Part shown: piece after piece, positions 10,437 through 20,079 of the stretch
Position numbering within the stretch: the first letter of the stretch is position 1
Layout of the letters: each line of letters opens with the position of its first letter
From: Patescibacteria group bacterium UBA6017
GTDB lineage: Bacteria > Patescibacteriota > Saccharimonadia > UBA4664
Assembly (NCBI GenBank): GCA_002429485.1
Contig: DIZX01000015.1
Span: 86,044-150,043 of the forward strand
Length of the DNA stretch: 64,000 nt
Direction: 5' to 3'
Notes under the pieces: model-generated
Seen by the model: only the letters and a program-made list of their open reading frames with translations
Database searches by the model: none
Told to the model about the DNA's origin: nothing
Translations under genes and position numbers: made by a program

Positions 10437-11051
10437 CTATGAGCCGGCGCGAGTCAGCACTACCACCTGCGTTTCGGTAGGTGCTTCCTTGGAGTTCACG
10501 CGCAACTTCGATTCTGGCTCGGGATTCACACCCATCTCCTTCAAGAACAGATCCACGCCGTCCTGCGGCATCGGATACTTCGAGACCCCGTCGTCGTAGT
10601 GTACGGGCACTACATAGCCCGGCTCGAGCTGCGCCACTACAGCCGCGGCCCCCTCGGCGTCGAGCGTGAGGCCCTTGCCGCCCACGGGCACCACCAGCAC
10701 GTCGACCTGTCCTAAGTGTTCAACTTGCTCAGCGTCGAGCTTGCCGGAGATGTTTCCAGCTATCACCACGTTCACTCCATCGATCAAAATGCTGTAAACA
10801 GTACTACGATAACCATCCTCATCAATATGCAGTCGAGCGGGCACGCCCGTAATCATGGCTCCCTTCACCTCGTACTCGCCTGGACTATAAATGCTCATGG
10901 CACCCGCCAGCACAGGCCACTCGCCCGCCTCGGCCGGTCCCGAAAGTGTCACCACGTCCGCCTTACCCGCGCCGAGTGGGTCGCTGATCACGTTCAAATT
11001 CTTGCCTGACAGCTTCACGCTTCCCGCGCCTAAATAGGTAATATCCATCCG
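10437..11051 (-). CDS. MBL-fold metallo-hydrolase
   Basis: Beta-lactamase-fold pattern with His/Asp-rich segments. I started it at the internal MDITYLGAGS to avoid a 32-nt overlap with the upstream gene; the ORF extends to 11099. Confidence 0.55.
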   Translation of the reverse strand, partial: RMDITYLGAGSVKLSGKNLNVISDPLGAGKADVVTLSGPAEAGEWPVLAGAMSIYSPGEYEVKGAMITGVPARLHIDEDGYRSTVYSILIDGVNVVIAGNISGKLDAEQVEHLGQVDVLVVPVGGKGLTLDAEGAAAVVAQLEPGYVVPVHYDDGVSKYPMPQDGVDLFLKEMGVNPEPESKLRVNSKEAPTETQVVVLTRAGS

Positions 11052-11067
11052 TGTCTCCTGATTATTC

Positions 11068-11742
11068 TTACTGCGTAAACTGGCCGCGGCCGGACGCACG
11101 CTTTGTTTTGACTTCTAGCATCTCGCCGAACTTCACATCACTGTGGGCCAACGGCTTCTCCTGACCATCTATGATCACGATCTTGCGAGCTTCGAGCACC
11201 ATGGTAATAAACCGATCGTTCAAGCTCAACCGGTACTGGTACTCATCGGGAGTGAGCGCCGAATAGTTGAGCTCCCGGCCCATCTCCTTCTCCATCTCCG
11301 CTACTACCTTCGCCAACCGAGCCTTATTGATATCGCCGACTACAAAGATGTCGACGTTCGTGCGGGTATCTCGAGCAAACGAGCCCGTGAGAAATGCGAA
11401 GCTGATTGATCCCGTCGACCGAAGCCGCTTGATGATCTTATCTTCTTCGCGAGTCTCTTTGACCACCGGGTCGCTCGACTTCGCCGGCATACTCGTGAAG
11501 ATACTTCGCAGCTGCTCGTAGTATTCATACTTCGGATTTACTTCGTAGTAGAGACGGTTGTTCGAGCCGTCGCTGCTCACCAAACCAACCGACAATAAGT
11601 TGGCCAACTCGCGTCGCACCGAGTTAATCTGCTCATCAATCTTGCGCGTAATTTCGCGGACATAAAACGGCCGTCCGGGGTTATTAAAAAAAAGGCTCAA
11701 GAGCTTCACTCGTGTTTTCGAACCAAACAGTTGTTCGACCAT
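11068..11742 (-). CDS. Winged-helix DNA-binding domain fused to a minimal nucleotidyltransferase domain
   Basis: The N-terminus (FYVREITRKIDEQINSVRRELANL) looks like a wHTH. The C-terminus has the Pol-beta-like NTase motif GSFARDTRTNVDIFVVGD (GS-x9-DxD). Confidence 0.5.
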   Translation of the reverse strand: MVEQLFGSKTRVKLLSLFFNNPGRPFYVREITRKIDEQINSVRRELANLLSVGLVSSDGSNNRLYYEVNPKYEYYEQLRSIFTSMPAKSSDPVVKETREEDKIIKRLRSTGSISFAFLTGSFARDTRTNVDIFVVGDINKARLAKVVAEMEKEMGRELNYSALTPDEYQYRLSLNDRFITMVLEARKIVIIDGQEKPLAHSDVKFGEMLEVKTKRASGRGQFTQ

Positions 11743-11795
11743 ATTATTTCCTCACGCCCTAATCTATATTTGCTGCGATAAGTATAGCAAAACGG

Positions 11796-13163
11796 TCACC
11801 TGGGAACAATCGACCACATAAGTGCGGCTGCCGCGGCACCCATTACGGCAAAACTGGCCCATAATCCGAGCTTGGAGAGCCATTTACTGCGGTATTCACC
11901 CATCACGTCCTGGCGGCTCGCAATCCGCGCAATTAGGTAAATTAACGGTACCGCAGCTATGCCGTTGAACACCGCAGTGAATATTAAAGCTTTGATCGGA
12001 TCAAGTCCGATGAAGTTGAACACCAAACCAGCCAACGTTCCGAAGATGATTATGAGGTAGAATTCTCGCGCCTGTTTGAACTTTCGAAACAGACCTTCGT
12101 GCCAATTGAACGTCTCCGAAAGCGCATACGACGAGGACCCCGCCAACACCGGAACACTCATCAACCCGATGCCGATCACGCCGACCGCGAAGATAACTTT
12201 CGCGATATAGCCGGCGTTCGGGAAGTTGTGAACCAGCGGCTCGAGGGCTCGTGCGGCGTCGGCCGCCGAGTCGATATTCGTGACGCCCGAGCTGCCCAGC
12301 ACCACTGCCCCCACCACGATCACGAACCACGCCGTCACATTTGAAAACAGCATTCCGAAAGCCGTATCGATCCGCAACCGCCTCAGATATGGCGCGGTCA
12401 GTCTCGGCACGCCGCCACGCTGAGCCAGCCTATGGGCCGCTATTTCATCTTCGACTACCTCGCTCGTCTGCCAGAAAAACAGATACGGCGAAATAGTGGT
12501 CCCGAGTATTGCCACCAAAATATACAGGTATTCCGGGCTCCATTTGATTTGCGGGATAATCGTCGCGCGCAGTACATCGCCCCAGGGAACATTCACCAAA
12601 AAGGCCGTGATCGGGTAAGCCAGCAGCGTTATTGCCAGCCACTTCAGGATGCGCACGTACGTCTTGTAGGGCACAAACACTTCCAGCAGCAGCATCACGA
12701 TCGAAAATACCACCGCCAGCAGCGCAAATGGCAGCCCCGGCACCAGCAATTGTGTACTGGCCGCCATCGCACCAATATCGGAACCGATGTTTAGCGTGTT
12801 CGCCACCACCACCAGCGCCACCACCGGATACAAAATCTTCTTTGGGTAACGTTCGCGGATCACCGCGGCCAATCCCTTGCCCGTCACCGCCCCGATACGC
12901 ATACAAGCCTCCTGCACCGCTGTCATCAAGGGATAGGTAAGAAACATGGTCCATAACAGCGCATAGCCAAATTGTGCCCCGGCCTGAGAGTAGGTCGCCA
13001 GCCCCGACGGGTCATCATCCGCAGCACCAGTCACAATTCCCGGTCCGAAGATTCGCAGAGCCCGGCCAAACCCATGTTGCAACGACCTGCGCCTAGAGCC
13101 CGCCGGCGCTTTTGTGGCGGCTAGTTCCGCCTCGGTTATAGCCTCGTCGGGCAGGAGAATCAT
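11796..13163 (-). CDS. mntH: NRAMP family divalent metal (Mn2+/Fe2+) transporter
   Basis: 455 aa. Nramp signature GPGIVTGAADDDPSGLATYSQAGAQFGY and a polytopic TM profile. Confidence 0.85.
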   Translation of the reverse strand: MILLPDEAITEAELAATKAPAGSRRRSLQHGFGRALRIFGPGIVTGAADDDPSGLATYSQAGAQFGYALLWTMFLTYPLMTAVQEACMRIGAVTGKGLAAVIRERYPKKILYPVVALVVVANTLNIGSDIGAMAASTQLLVPGLPFALLAVVFSIVMLLLEVFVPYKTYVRILKWLAITLLAYPITAFLVNVPWGDVLRATIIPQIKWSPEYLYILVAILGTTISPYLFFWQTSEVVEDEIAAHRLAQRGGVPRLTAPYLRRLRIDTAFGMLFSNVTAWFVIVVGAVVLGSSGVTNIDSAADAARALEPLVHNFPNAGYIAKVIFAVGVIGIGLMSVPVLAGSSSYALSETFNWHEGLFRKFKQAREFYLIIIFGTLAGLVFNFIGLDPIKALIFTAVFNGIAAVPLIYLIARIASRQDVMGEYRSKWLSKLGLWASFAVMGAAAAALMWSIVPR

Positions 13164-13229
13164 AGTGTTCTAAGCATAAGCAAATTCACCCTCACTGTCC
13201 AGATAAGTCTCCACACTAATCAGGCACGC

Positions 13230-13952
13230 CTACCGCGGACGAGTCGCCGCCACCTTAGCCGCGGCCAGTTCGAATGAGCTATCGAGCGGCTGCAACTCCT
13301 GCACCCCATGACGGCGCTTCAGGGCTGCCAACAGCAGCTTATCGGCCAACTGCGGATTCTTGGGCAGCACCGGTCCGTGCAAATAGGTCCCAATCGCCTC
13401 TCCCGACACCGCCCCCTCGTACCCGCTCTTGGGATTATTGCCGCAACCCTTCGAAACCTTCGCCAAAGGCAATTGCCCCTTGTCGAGCTTGGTTGCCCCG
13501 GAATGATTCTCAAACCCTACCAACGCGCCCAATTCATCGTTTTTTGCCACCACGTTACCGATCATCCGTACGCTCCCCGCCCGCGTATTGGCGTTGAACA
13601 CCCCGATTCCGGGTATTACATCACCGCCCCCGGTCACAAATTCTCGGCCAAACAACTGATACAGTCCGCAAATCACCAGCATCGGCACGCCGGCCTTCGC
13701 CATTTCCCGCAGCTTGTCTCCGTGGCGCACCAAATCGGCTCCCACCGCTAACTGACCCGAATCCTGCCCGCCGCCGCCAAATACCAGATCTACCGCCTCC
13801 CAGTCGAACGCCTCGCCAATCTCCACCTGGCGCACCTCAGCCCGTAAACCGCGCCATTCCAGCCGCTTCACCAATGAAATAATATTGCCCATATCCCCGT
13901 AAATATTCATTTCCCGCGGGTACAGGTGTGCAATCACAATCGTCTGGCTCAT
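13230..13952 (-). CDS. gatD: Lipid II isoglutaminyl synthase, glutaminase subunit GatD (CobB/CobQ-like GATase)
   Basis: 240 aa type-1 glutamine amidotransferase (catalytic Cys in LVICGLYQL; His in YLHGP). It lies immediately downstream of murT with a 4-nt overlap. Confidence 0.85.
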   Translation of the reverse strand: MSQTIVIAHLYPREMNIYGDMGNIISLVKRLEWRGLRAEVRQVEIGEAFDWEAVDLVFGGGGQDSGQLAVGADLVRHGDKLREMAKAGVPMLVICGLYQLFGREFVTGGGDVIPGIGVFNANTRAGSVRMIGNVVAKNDELGALVGFENHSGATKLDKGQLPLAKVSKGCGNNPKSGYEGAVSGEAIGTYLHGPVLPKNPQLADKLLLAALKRRHGVQELQPLDSSFELAAAKVAATRPR

Positions 13953-15325
13953 CGCGGCATCTCCTGCATTGTTTTGCTCCGGCTTTGAAGCAATTTACGG
14001 ACCTCAAGCATGGCGGTGTAGGTAGGCAAAATATATGCCGTTTCTCCTACCGGTGTCGCTGCCACCAGCGCATCAATCCCTTCAGCCAAGCTCGCCGCCG
14101 GCGTGGACTTCACTCCCGCATAATGCAGCCGCATCGCCATATCCGACCCTCGGATTCCGGCCGTCAAAACCGTAGGATTTGAGCCTGCCAGAGCCTCAAT
14201 CGGCACATCCCACAGCCAAGACACGTCGCGCCCATCGGCCGCCAAATCGTTAATCACAAACATCGCCCGTACCGCCTCGCGTCCGATCACAAACGTCTGC
14301 AGCACCTGCGTGAACCCAGCCGGATTCTTAATTAGCAGCAGCACCAAAGTGCGCCCGTCTATCTCCACCCGCTCCACCCTGCCAAAAGCTGCCTGAGTGA
14401 CGGCCAGCGTCTGCTGGATCAGCTCCACACCGATGCCGACCCCCTGCCCGAGGCTGATAGCGGCCAGTGCGTTGTACAGGTTATAAGTCCCCGGCAAAGG
14501 AAAGTCGTACGTACTGCGCTTACCGCGAATAGCGGCCACAAACCGACTGCCCATTCGATCCGCCGTCTCCACATTCGTAATCACCACCTCGCCCGCCGGC
14601 CTCGAAAAATCACCCTTCGGGCAACGATAATGCCCCACATGCCCATAAAATACCCGGCTAAACTCGAGCCGGCTATGGCACTCCGGGCAACGATCCGAAT
14701 CAATTGCCGTCTGATGCTCGCCCACCGGGTTCACGGGTACCCCTTCGATGCCAAAATAATGCACGTCTGCGGGCTTCCCCGCGTACTTCGCCAAGCTCGC
14801 CACCAAGGGATCATCGGCGTTCAGATACAGTTCAGCCGAAGTCGCGGCGATTCCCTCGCCGATCAACTTGGCGGTCGTATCTAGCTCGCCGTACCTATCC
14901 AACTGATCCCGAAATAAATTCGTCACGATGATGTGCGTTGGCTTAATCTCCGGCGCCACCAGCCGCAAGCTAGCCTCATCTACCTCAAACAACCCCACTG
15001 TAGCGGTCATTTTGCCGCGCATATCCGCCGCGGCAATCAGTGCCGACACCACCCCGCGCTTCAGATTCGAGCCGCTGCTGTTGGTTACCACCTTTACGCC
15101 ATGGGCGCTCAGTATTTCACCAATCAGCTTGGTAGTAGTAGTTTTGCCGTTGGTGCCTGTGACCACAATCACCCCGCCGCTCAGTCCCGCCGCCAGTTTG
15201 CCCGACAAATGCGGATCCAGCATTTCAGCTACCACTCCGGGCAATGCCCCGCCGCCGCCACGGCCCAGCAGTTGGCTCAAGTGGGCCGCCGTCTTGGAGG
15301 CAAGCAGAGTCAGGGTTACGTTCAT
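13949..15325 (-). CDS. murT: Lipid II isoglutaminyl synthase, Mur ligase-like subunit MurT
   Basis: 458 aa. Mur-ligase ATP site GTNGKTTTT, a Cys4 zinc ribbon (CPECH...CPKGD) and a C-terminal DUF1727-like region. Confidence 0.88.
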   Translation of the reverse strand: MNVTLTLLASKTAAHLSQLLGRGGGGALPGVVAEMLDPHLSGKLAAGLSGGVIVVTGTNGKTTTTKLIGEILSAHGVKVVTNSSGSNLKRGVVSALIAAADMRGKMTATVGLFEVDEASLRLVAPEIKPTHIIVTNLFRDQLDRYGELDTTAKLIGEGIAATSAELYLNADDPLVASLAKYAGKPADVHYFGIEGVPVNPVGEHQTAIDSDRCPECHSRLEFSRVFYGHVGHYRCPKGDFSRPAGEVVITNVETADRMGSRFVAAIRGKRSTYDFPLPGTYNLYNALAAISLGQGVGIGVELIQQTLAVTQAAFGRVERVEIDGRTLVLLLIKNPAGFTQVLQTFVIGREAVRAMFVINDLAADGRDVSWLWDVPIEALAGSNPTVLTAGIRGSDMAMRLHYAGVKSTPAASLAEGIDALVAATPVGETAYILPTYTAMLEVRKLLQSRSKTMQEMPR

Positions 15326-15351
15326 AGCACAAGTATAGCCGAAACTAGCGC

Positions 15352-16251
15352 TTAAGCCTCACTCCGCCCGTCAGTTCGGAGCAAAAACTCTCGGACCATT
15401 GGCGCGGCTTCACTAGCATTCTCGATCCAATGAATGCTCGGGTTGCGCTTAAACCACGTCACCTGTTTCTTGAACAGCGACAGGTGTTCGTACATGCAAT
15501 CCGTCTTGGCCTGCTCGAGGGTTTTGGCGCCTATCAGCAGCCCCTTGAACGCCCGATAGCCCATCACCTCCAGTGCCGGATTATTCCATCCGTACCTCTC
15601 GCCAATTACTCGGATTTCATTAATAAAGCCTTCTTCAAGCATTTTATCGATTCTGTGTTCAATCCTTTTTTGAACAACTTGTTTGTTCAACGTCGTACCT
15701 AATACCAGTACATCGGGCCGGACTTCCCGGCGCTTCTGGCGTGCTTCTCCCGCCGTTTCAATCGCCCGAATCACCCGCCGGCGGTTGGCTCGATCGACGT
15801 ATTCAAAGGCCCTGGGATCCTTTGCCAGCAGCAGTTCATGCAGCTGCGTGTCCGTCATTGCTTCCAGTTTTTGGCGCCGGTCCGGATTGCCCGCCGCCGG
15901 AAATTCGTAATCAAATATCACCGCATCCACATACAGTCCGCTCCCGCCAACCAACAGCGGCAATTTGCCACGGGATGAAATCTCGTTAATCTGCGTCTCT
16001 GCCAGCTGCTTAAATTCCCCAGCGCTCAGCCGCTCGCCCGGATCCACAATATCCAGCAAATGATGCGGTACCTGTGCCTGCTCGTCCGCCGTCGGCTTGG
16101 CCGTACCGATATCCATGCCCCGATAAATTGTTCGCGAGTCCGCGCACACCACCTCACCATCAAAAACCTGCGCCAACGCAATCGCCAACCCGGTCTTACC
16201 TGTGGCTGTCGGCCCCACAATTGCCACAAACTTCATACCATGATCAATCAC
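15352..16251 (-). CDS. miaA: tRNA dimethylallyltransferase
   Basis: 299 aa. P-loop IVGPTATGKT and the conserved DSRTIYRGMDIGTAKP. Confidence 0.9.
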   Translation of the reverse strand: MIDHGMKFVAIVGPTATGKTGLAIALAQVFDGEVVCADSRTIYRGMDIGTAKPTADEQAQVPHHLLDIVDPGERLSAGEFKQLAETQINEISSRGKLPLLVGGSGLYVDAVIFDYEFPAAGNPDRRQKLEAMTDTQLHELLLAKDPRAFEYVDRANRRRVIRAIETAGEARQKRREVRPDVLVLGTTLNKQVVQKRIEHRIDKMLEEGFINEIRVIGERYGWNNPALEVMGYRAFKGLLIGAKTLEQAKTDCMYEHLSLFKKQVTWFKRNPSIHWIENASEAAPMVREFLLRTDGRSEA

Positions 16252-16676
16252 AACTGCTCCTCGCTCTCAGGAGGCCACCACATCAACGAATCCACCCCCA
16301 CGATAGATTCCGCGCTCACACTTACACCTTCCGCTTCCAGCAGCTGCGCCTGAGCACTACGCCCACCCGGAAACGCCCCCGCCAAGCCACCCCGCTTATT
16401 CACTACCCGGTGCCACGGCAGCTCTTCCGAGCCGAAATGCGCTATCCCGCCCACGATCCGCGCCGCCCGGGGACTGCCGCACAGCGCCGCAATCTGCCCA
16501 TACGTCATCACCCGCCCAGACGGAATCCGCGCCACGAGAGAGTAAACCAATTCATTGAGAGTAATACCGGTGTCCATGGGCGACATTATGACACACTCCC
16601 CCGTAAAATGAAGAGGATCGGCTAGCGTATCGCCAGCCGATCCCGTCCAGGTTTGTTCACATTTGATCGAAGCCAT
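16248..16676 (-). CDS. Alkyltransferase-like protein (ATL; MGMT/Ogt DNA-binding domain, active-site Cys replaced by Trp: PWHRV)
   Basis: The domain has an HTH (VMTYGQIAALCG) and PWHRVVN in place of the Ogt PCHRV. The ORF extends to 16898, but I placed the start at the Met whose ATG overlaps the upstream transferase stop (TAATG); an alternative start is M at 16586. Overlaps miaA by 4 nt. Confidence 0.7.
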   Translation of the reverse strand: MASIKCEQTWTGSAGDTLADPLHFTGECVIMSPMDTGITLNELVYSLVARIPSGRVMTYGQIAALCGSPRAARIVGGIAHFGSEELPWHRVVNKRGGLAGAFPGGRSAQAQLLEAEGVSVSAESIVGVDSLMWWPPESEEQL

Positions 16677-17293
16677 TATGCGGCGGCTACCCACCCGAAA
16701 TGGCGCCTTTTGCCCACTACGAGAATGTGGATCGACGTCAGGAACACCCGAAGCTGTCGCTCCAGACTCGGATCGTCCAGATATTCGAGGTCGTATCGGA
16801 TGACGTCGGAACAAGACGATCGGATCTGATGCCACCCCGACAAACCGGGGCGAACCTGCTTCCGACGATCCTCCCAATAAGCAATCCGCTCCTGACATCC
16901 CTCGTTGCGCCGACGGATCTTCTCAAAGTTGAGTGCCAGCAAAGGTCGCGGCCCCACCATGCTCATGTCTCCACGCAACACGTTGAGCAGTTGCGGCAGT
17001 TCATCGATCCCCCGATCACGCAGAGCTTTGCCGATCGGCAACATGTTCGCGTTGCCCAACTCGGCAAAATCAAGCGTCACGCCCGCGTTATCGTGCGGGC
17101 GTATCGTCCGGAGCTTGAAGCACGAAAACTCGCGCCCTCCTCGCCCGACTCGCTTCGAGATATAGAACGGCGGGTACCCGTAGGTCAGCCACATCACCGC
17201 AGCCAGGATCAATAGCCCCAGCATCGCAGGAACAAAAAGCAGTCCCGCAATCAGTACGTCCATCATGCGCCTCACTATCATCGCCCCAATCAC
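16676..17293 (-). CDS. Small bacterial sugar transferase (monotopic phosphoglycosyl transferase, PglC/WcaJ C-terminal-type)
   Basis: 205 aa with a single N-terminal re-entrant helix and the LRGDMSMVGPRPL motif. Confidence 0.8.
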   Translation of the reverse strand: MIGAMIVRRMMDVLIAGLLFVPAMLGLLILAAVMWLTYGYPPFYISKRVGRGGREFSCFKLRTIRPHDNAGVTLDFAELGNANMLPIGKALRDRGIDELPQLLNVLRGDMSMVGPRPLLALNFEKIRRRNEGCQERIAYWEDRRKQVRPGLSGWHQIRSSCSDVIRYDLEYLDDPSLERQLRVFLTSIHILVVGKRRHFGWVAAA

Positions 17294-17365
17294 TTTGTAG
17301 AAGGTACGTTACTAAAACCTCAGACGCCCTCAATATACCATGAAGCACAAGCGTTTATTCATGCG

Positions 17366-17866
17366 CTAGACGCCCAGCTTACCGTGTATCTCCCACAAAC
17401 GCTCAAGCCATACCTCATCCGTACGAATCTTCTCCACCATATCAAGCAATCGGAGCATATATTCACGGCTGTAGCCTACCGCAACTGCCTGCTGGCTCCA
17501 AAAGGCCGCACTAAACGGATAGCGCAGTTTATGGACCACAAACCGGTTCCACCGCTCAATTAACGCCGGATCTACTACAGACTCGAGCTCAACCGGCATC
17601 GGCGGAGTATCAAACATTTTAGCAATCTCCTCCCGGTTAGACATCGTCTCGTAGAATTCTGCCTCCTCGGCCAACTTAATTGCCCGCCACAATTCCTCAT
17701 CATGCCGATGCACCGCGGCCACATCAAATTCATTCACATACCGATTCCATGTTTCATCCAGGTAGCTATGCAGCAGCCAGCCCACGCGCCAGGAATCCGG
17801 CTCGCGTTCAATTTCATCCAAGTTGACGCCCGCGCTATGCGTCTGCTCCCTCGGCAAATCCGCCAT
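17366..17866 (-). CDS. Hypothetical protein
   Basis: The ORF extends to 18070 but would overlap thrS by 89 nt. The first in-frame ATG clear of thrS is at 17866 (MADLPREQ...). No recognisable domain. Confidence 0.35.
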   Translation of the reverse strand: MADLPREQTHSAGVNLDEIEREPDSWRVGWLLHSYLDETWNRYVNEFDVAAVHRHDEELWRAIKLAEEAEFYETMSNREEIAKMFDTPPMPVELESVVDPALIERWNRFVVHKLRYPFSAAFWSQQAVAVGYSREYMLRLLDMVEKIRTDEVWLERLWEIHGKLGV

Positions 17867-17981
17867 CCGACGTATATCCGGGAACACACTAGCCCGGTAC
17901 ACCTCAATTTCATTAAGCTCGGGGTGTTTCCTCAGATGCGCCCGAGTATAAGCCAGATGTAGCAGTATCGCGGGCACGTTG

Positions 17982-19832
17982 CTACAGCGTGCTCTTCTGT
18001 GACCGCTGCGCCACCTCTCGCTGCACTGCCGCCGCAAACTCATCCACGCTGAGGCTGCCGTCAAACTCACCGTGTCCCGTCCGCAGCCGCGGGCTCACAA
18101 TGCCGCTCTCGCGCTCTTTGTCGCCAATCACCAGCGTATACGGCACCTTGGCCAGCCCCGCCGCCCGGATCTTCTTGCCCACGCTCTCGGGCGCGCTATC
18201 TACACCCACCCGTATGCCCTTAGTCTCGAATTCAATTCTCAACTCCTCGGTGTAATCCAAAATCGCATCGGTCTCGTTGATCGGTGCCAGCCGCACCTGC
18301 TCGGGGGCCAGCCAGGTCGGGAACGCCCCCGCAGTATTCTCGATCAGTTGCACCATAAACCGCTCCAGCGATCCCATCACGGCGCAGTGCATCATCACGA
18401 TGCGCTCCCGTTCGCCAGATTCATTCGTGCACGTTAGATCAAATCCTTCGGGCTGATTAAAGTCGAGCTGAATCGTGGCTGCCTGGAACTCTCGCCCAAA
18501 CGCATCGCGTGCCATAAAGTCAACTTTCGGACCGTAAAACGCCGCCTCACCGAGACCGTCCGTATACTCCACGCCCTTCTTCTCGATGGCGGCCTTCATC
18601 TGAGCCTCGGCCTGCTGCCAGTTTTCCTCAGATCCACTGTAGGCTTCCATATTCTCAGGATCGTGGCGGCTAAAACGGACTTTTAACTTAATTCCGAACG
18701 TCTCGTTGAATTTTTCAATCACGTTCCAGAGTCGGTCAATCTCACCCTCTACCTGATTGGCGCGAGCAAACACGTGCGCATCATCCTGCGTAATCGACCG
18801 CACCCGTGTGAGTCCGCTCAACTCACCGCTTTGCTCATCGCGGTACACCATGGTCGTTTCGCGGTAACGAATCGGCAAGTCACGATAGCTGCGCGGCTGC
18901 GAGGCGTAAATCTGCGTGTGATGCGGGCAGTTCATCGGCTTCATCGCAAACGTGTGGCCTTCACGCGTCTCGATCTTAAACAGCCCGTCCGAAAACTTCT
19001 TCCAGTGCCCGCTCTTCTCGTACAAATCTTTCTTGGTAATGTGAGGAATCGTCACTGCCTGGAAACCGCCGCCAATGGTTTGGCGCAGCTCCTGCACATA
19101 ACGGTTTAACTCCTCTCGTATGAGCGTTCCCTTGGGCGTATACAGCGGCAAACCGCCTCCCACTAGATCTGAAAACACGAACAAATCCAGTTCTTTTCCT
19201 AGCTTGCGGTGGTCGCGTTTTTCAGCTTCCCGCAGGAGCTCCAAGTGCTGATTTAATTCGGCTTTTGTTGTAAATCCTACACCATATATTCTCTGTAGCT
19301 GAGCATTCTTTTCGTTTCCCCGCCAGTAAGCGCCAGATACCCGCATCAGTTTAAAGGCTCCAACCTTGCCCGTAGATTCTACGTGCGGACCGCGGCACAA
19401 ATCAGTAAACGGGCCATCAGTATACGTTGTAATTTCATCTACTTTTGCTCCCTCTCCCACTCCCAGCTGCGACCGATCAATATCTTTCGCCACGGTAGTT
19501 CCGTGCTTTTTGAGGTCATTTAGCAGGTCCACCTTGTACGTCTGGCCCTTGTTGCCGAAGTACTTCACGGCCTCATCGAGCTGCATCGACGCTCGTTCGA
19601 ACGCAAAATCCGCTTTCACAATCTCGTGCATTTTGTGTTCAATTTTGGCCAAATCTTCGACTGTGATGGGATTTGGCGCGTCCACGTCATAGTAGAAGCC
19701 GTGTTCCACCACCGGCCCGATGCCAAACTTCACTTCCGGGTATAATTCCTGAATTGCCGTCGCCATAATATGCGCCAGTGAATGCCTCATCGCATATAAT
19801 TGCTGCTCTTGTTCTTCTTCGTGATTGCTCAT
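17982..19832 (-). CDS. thrS: Threonine--tRNA ligase
   Basis: 616 aa. Class II motifs, RDHRKLGKELDLF, and editing-domain HxxxH (RHSLAHIMA). It begins at the N2/editing domain, with no N-terminal TGS domain. Confidence 0.9.
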   Translation of the reverse strand: MSNHEEEQEQQLYAMRHSLAHIMATAIQELYPEVKFGIGPVVEHGFYYDVDAPNPITVEDLAKIEHKMHEIVKADFAFERASMQLDEAVKYFGNKGQTYKVDLLNDLKKHGTTVAKDIDRSQLGVGEGAKVDEITTYTDGPFTDLCRGPHVESTGKVGAFKLMRVSGAYWRGNEKNAQLQRIYGVGFTTKAELNQHLELLREAEKRDHRKLGKELDLFVFSDLVGGGLPLYTPKGTLIREELNRYVQELRQTIGGGFQAVTIPHITKKDLYEKSGHWKKFSDGLFKIETREGHTFAMKPMNCPHHTQIYASQPRSYRDLPIRYRETTMVYRDEQSGELSGLTRVRSITQDDAHVFARANQVEGEIDRLWNVIEKFNETFGIKLKVRFSRHDPENMEAYSGSEENWQQAEAQMKAAIEKKGVEYTDGLGEAAFYGPKVDFMARDAFGREFQAATIQLDFNQPEGFDLTCTNESGERERIVMMHCAVMGSLERFMVQLIENTAGAFPTWLAPEQVRLAPINETDAILDYTEELRIEFETKGIRVGVDSAPESVGKKIRAAGLAKVPYTLVIGDKERESGIVSPRLRTGHGEFDGSLSVDEFAAAVQREVAQRSQKSTL

Positions 19833-20079
19833 ATCTTCTCCTTTATATACAAAAAACGACGCACAATTGCTTGCGCGTCTGGACCCTTTTGGGGCGGTTC
19901 CACCAGACTTTCTCGGGCGAACCCAAGACTCTCATAGTTTCCGGTGAACGCCACCGGCAACGAGGCTCGCGGGTTGGTTGGGCCCGGTCAGCACCTTATT
20001 GAACTAGGCTGATTATCGCAAACTATACTGCTCTAGGCAATCCCAGCAAACGAGTAGCCTTTCTACTTCCCCAATAATG

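Noticed and set aside
16586-16898. Long N-terminal extension of the ATL ORF (a 216-aa version)
   Set aside because: It would overlap the upstream sugar-transferase gene by >200 nt, and it is low-complexity. An ATG exactly overlapping the upstream stop (TAATG) gives a normal-sized ATL.
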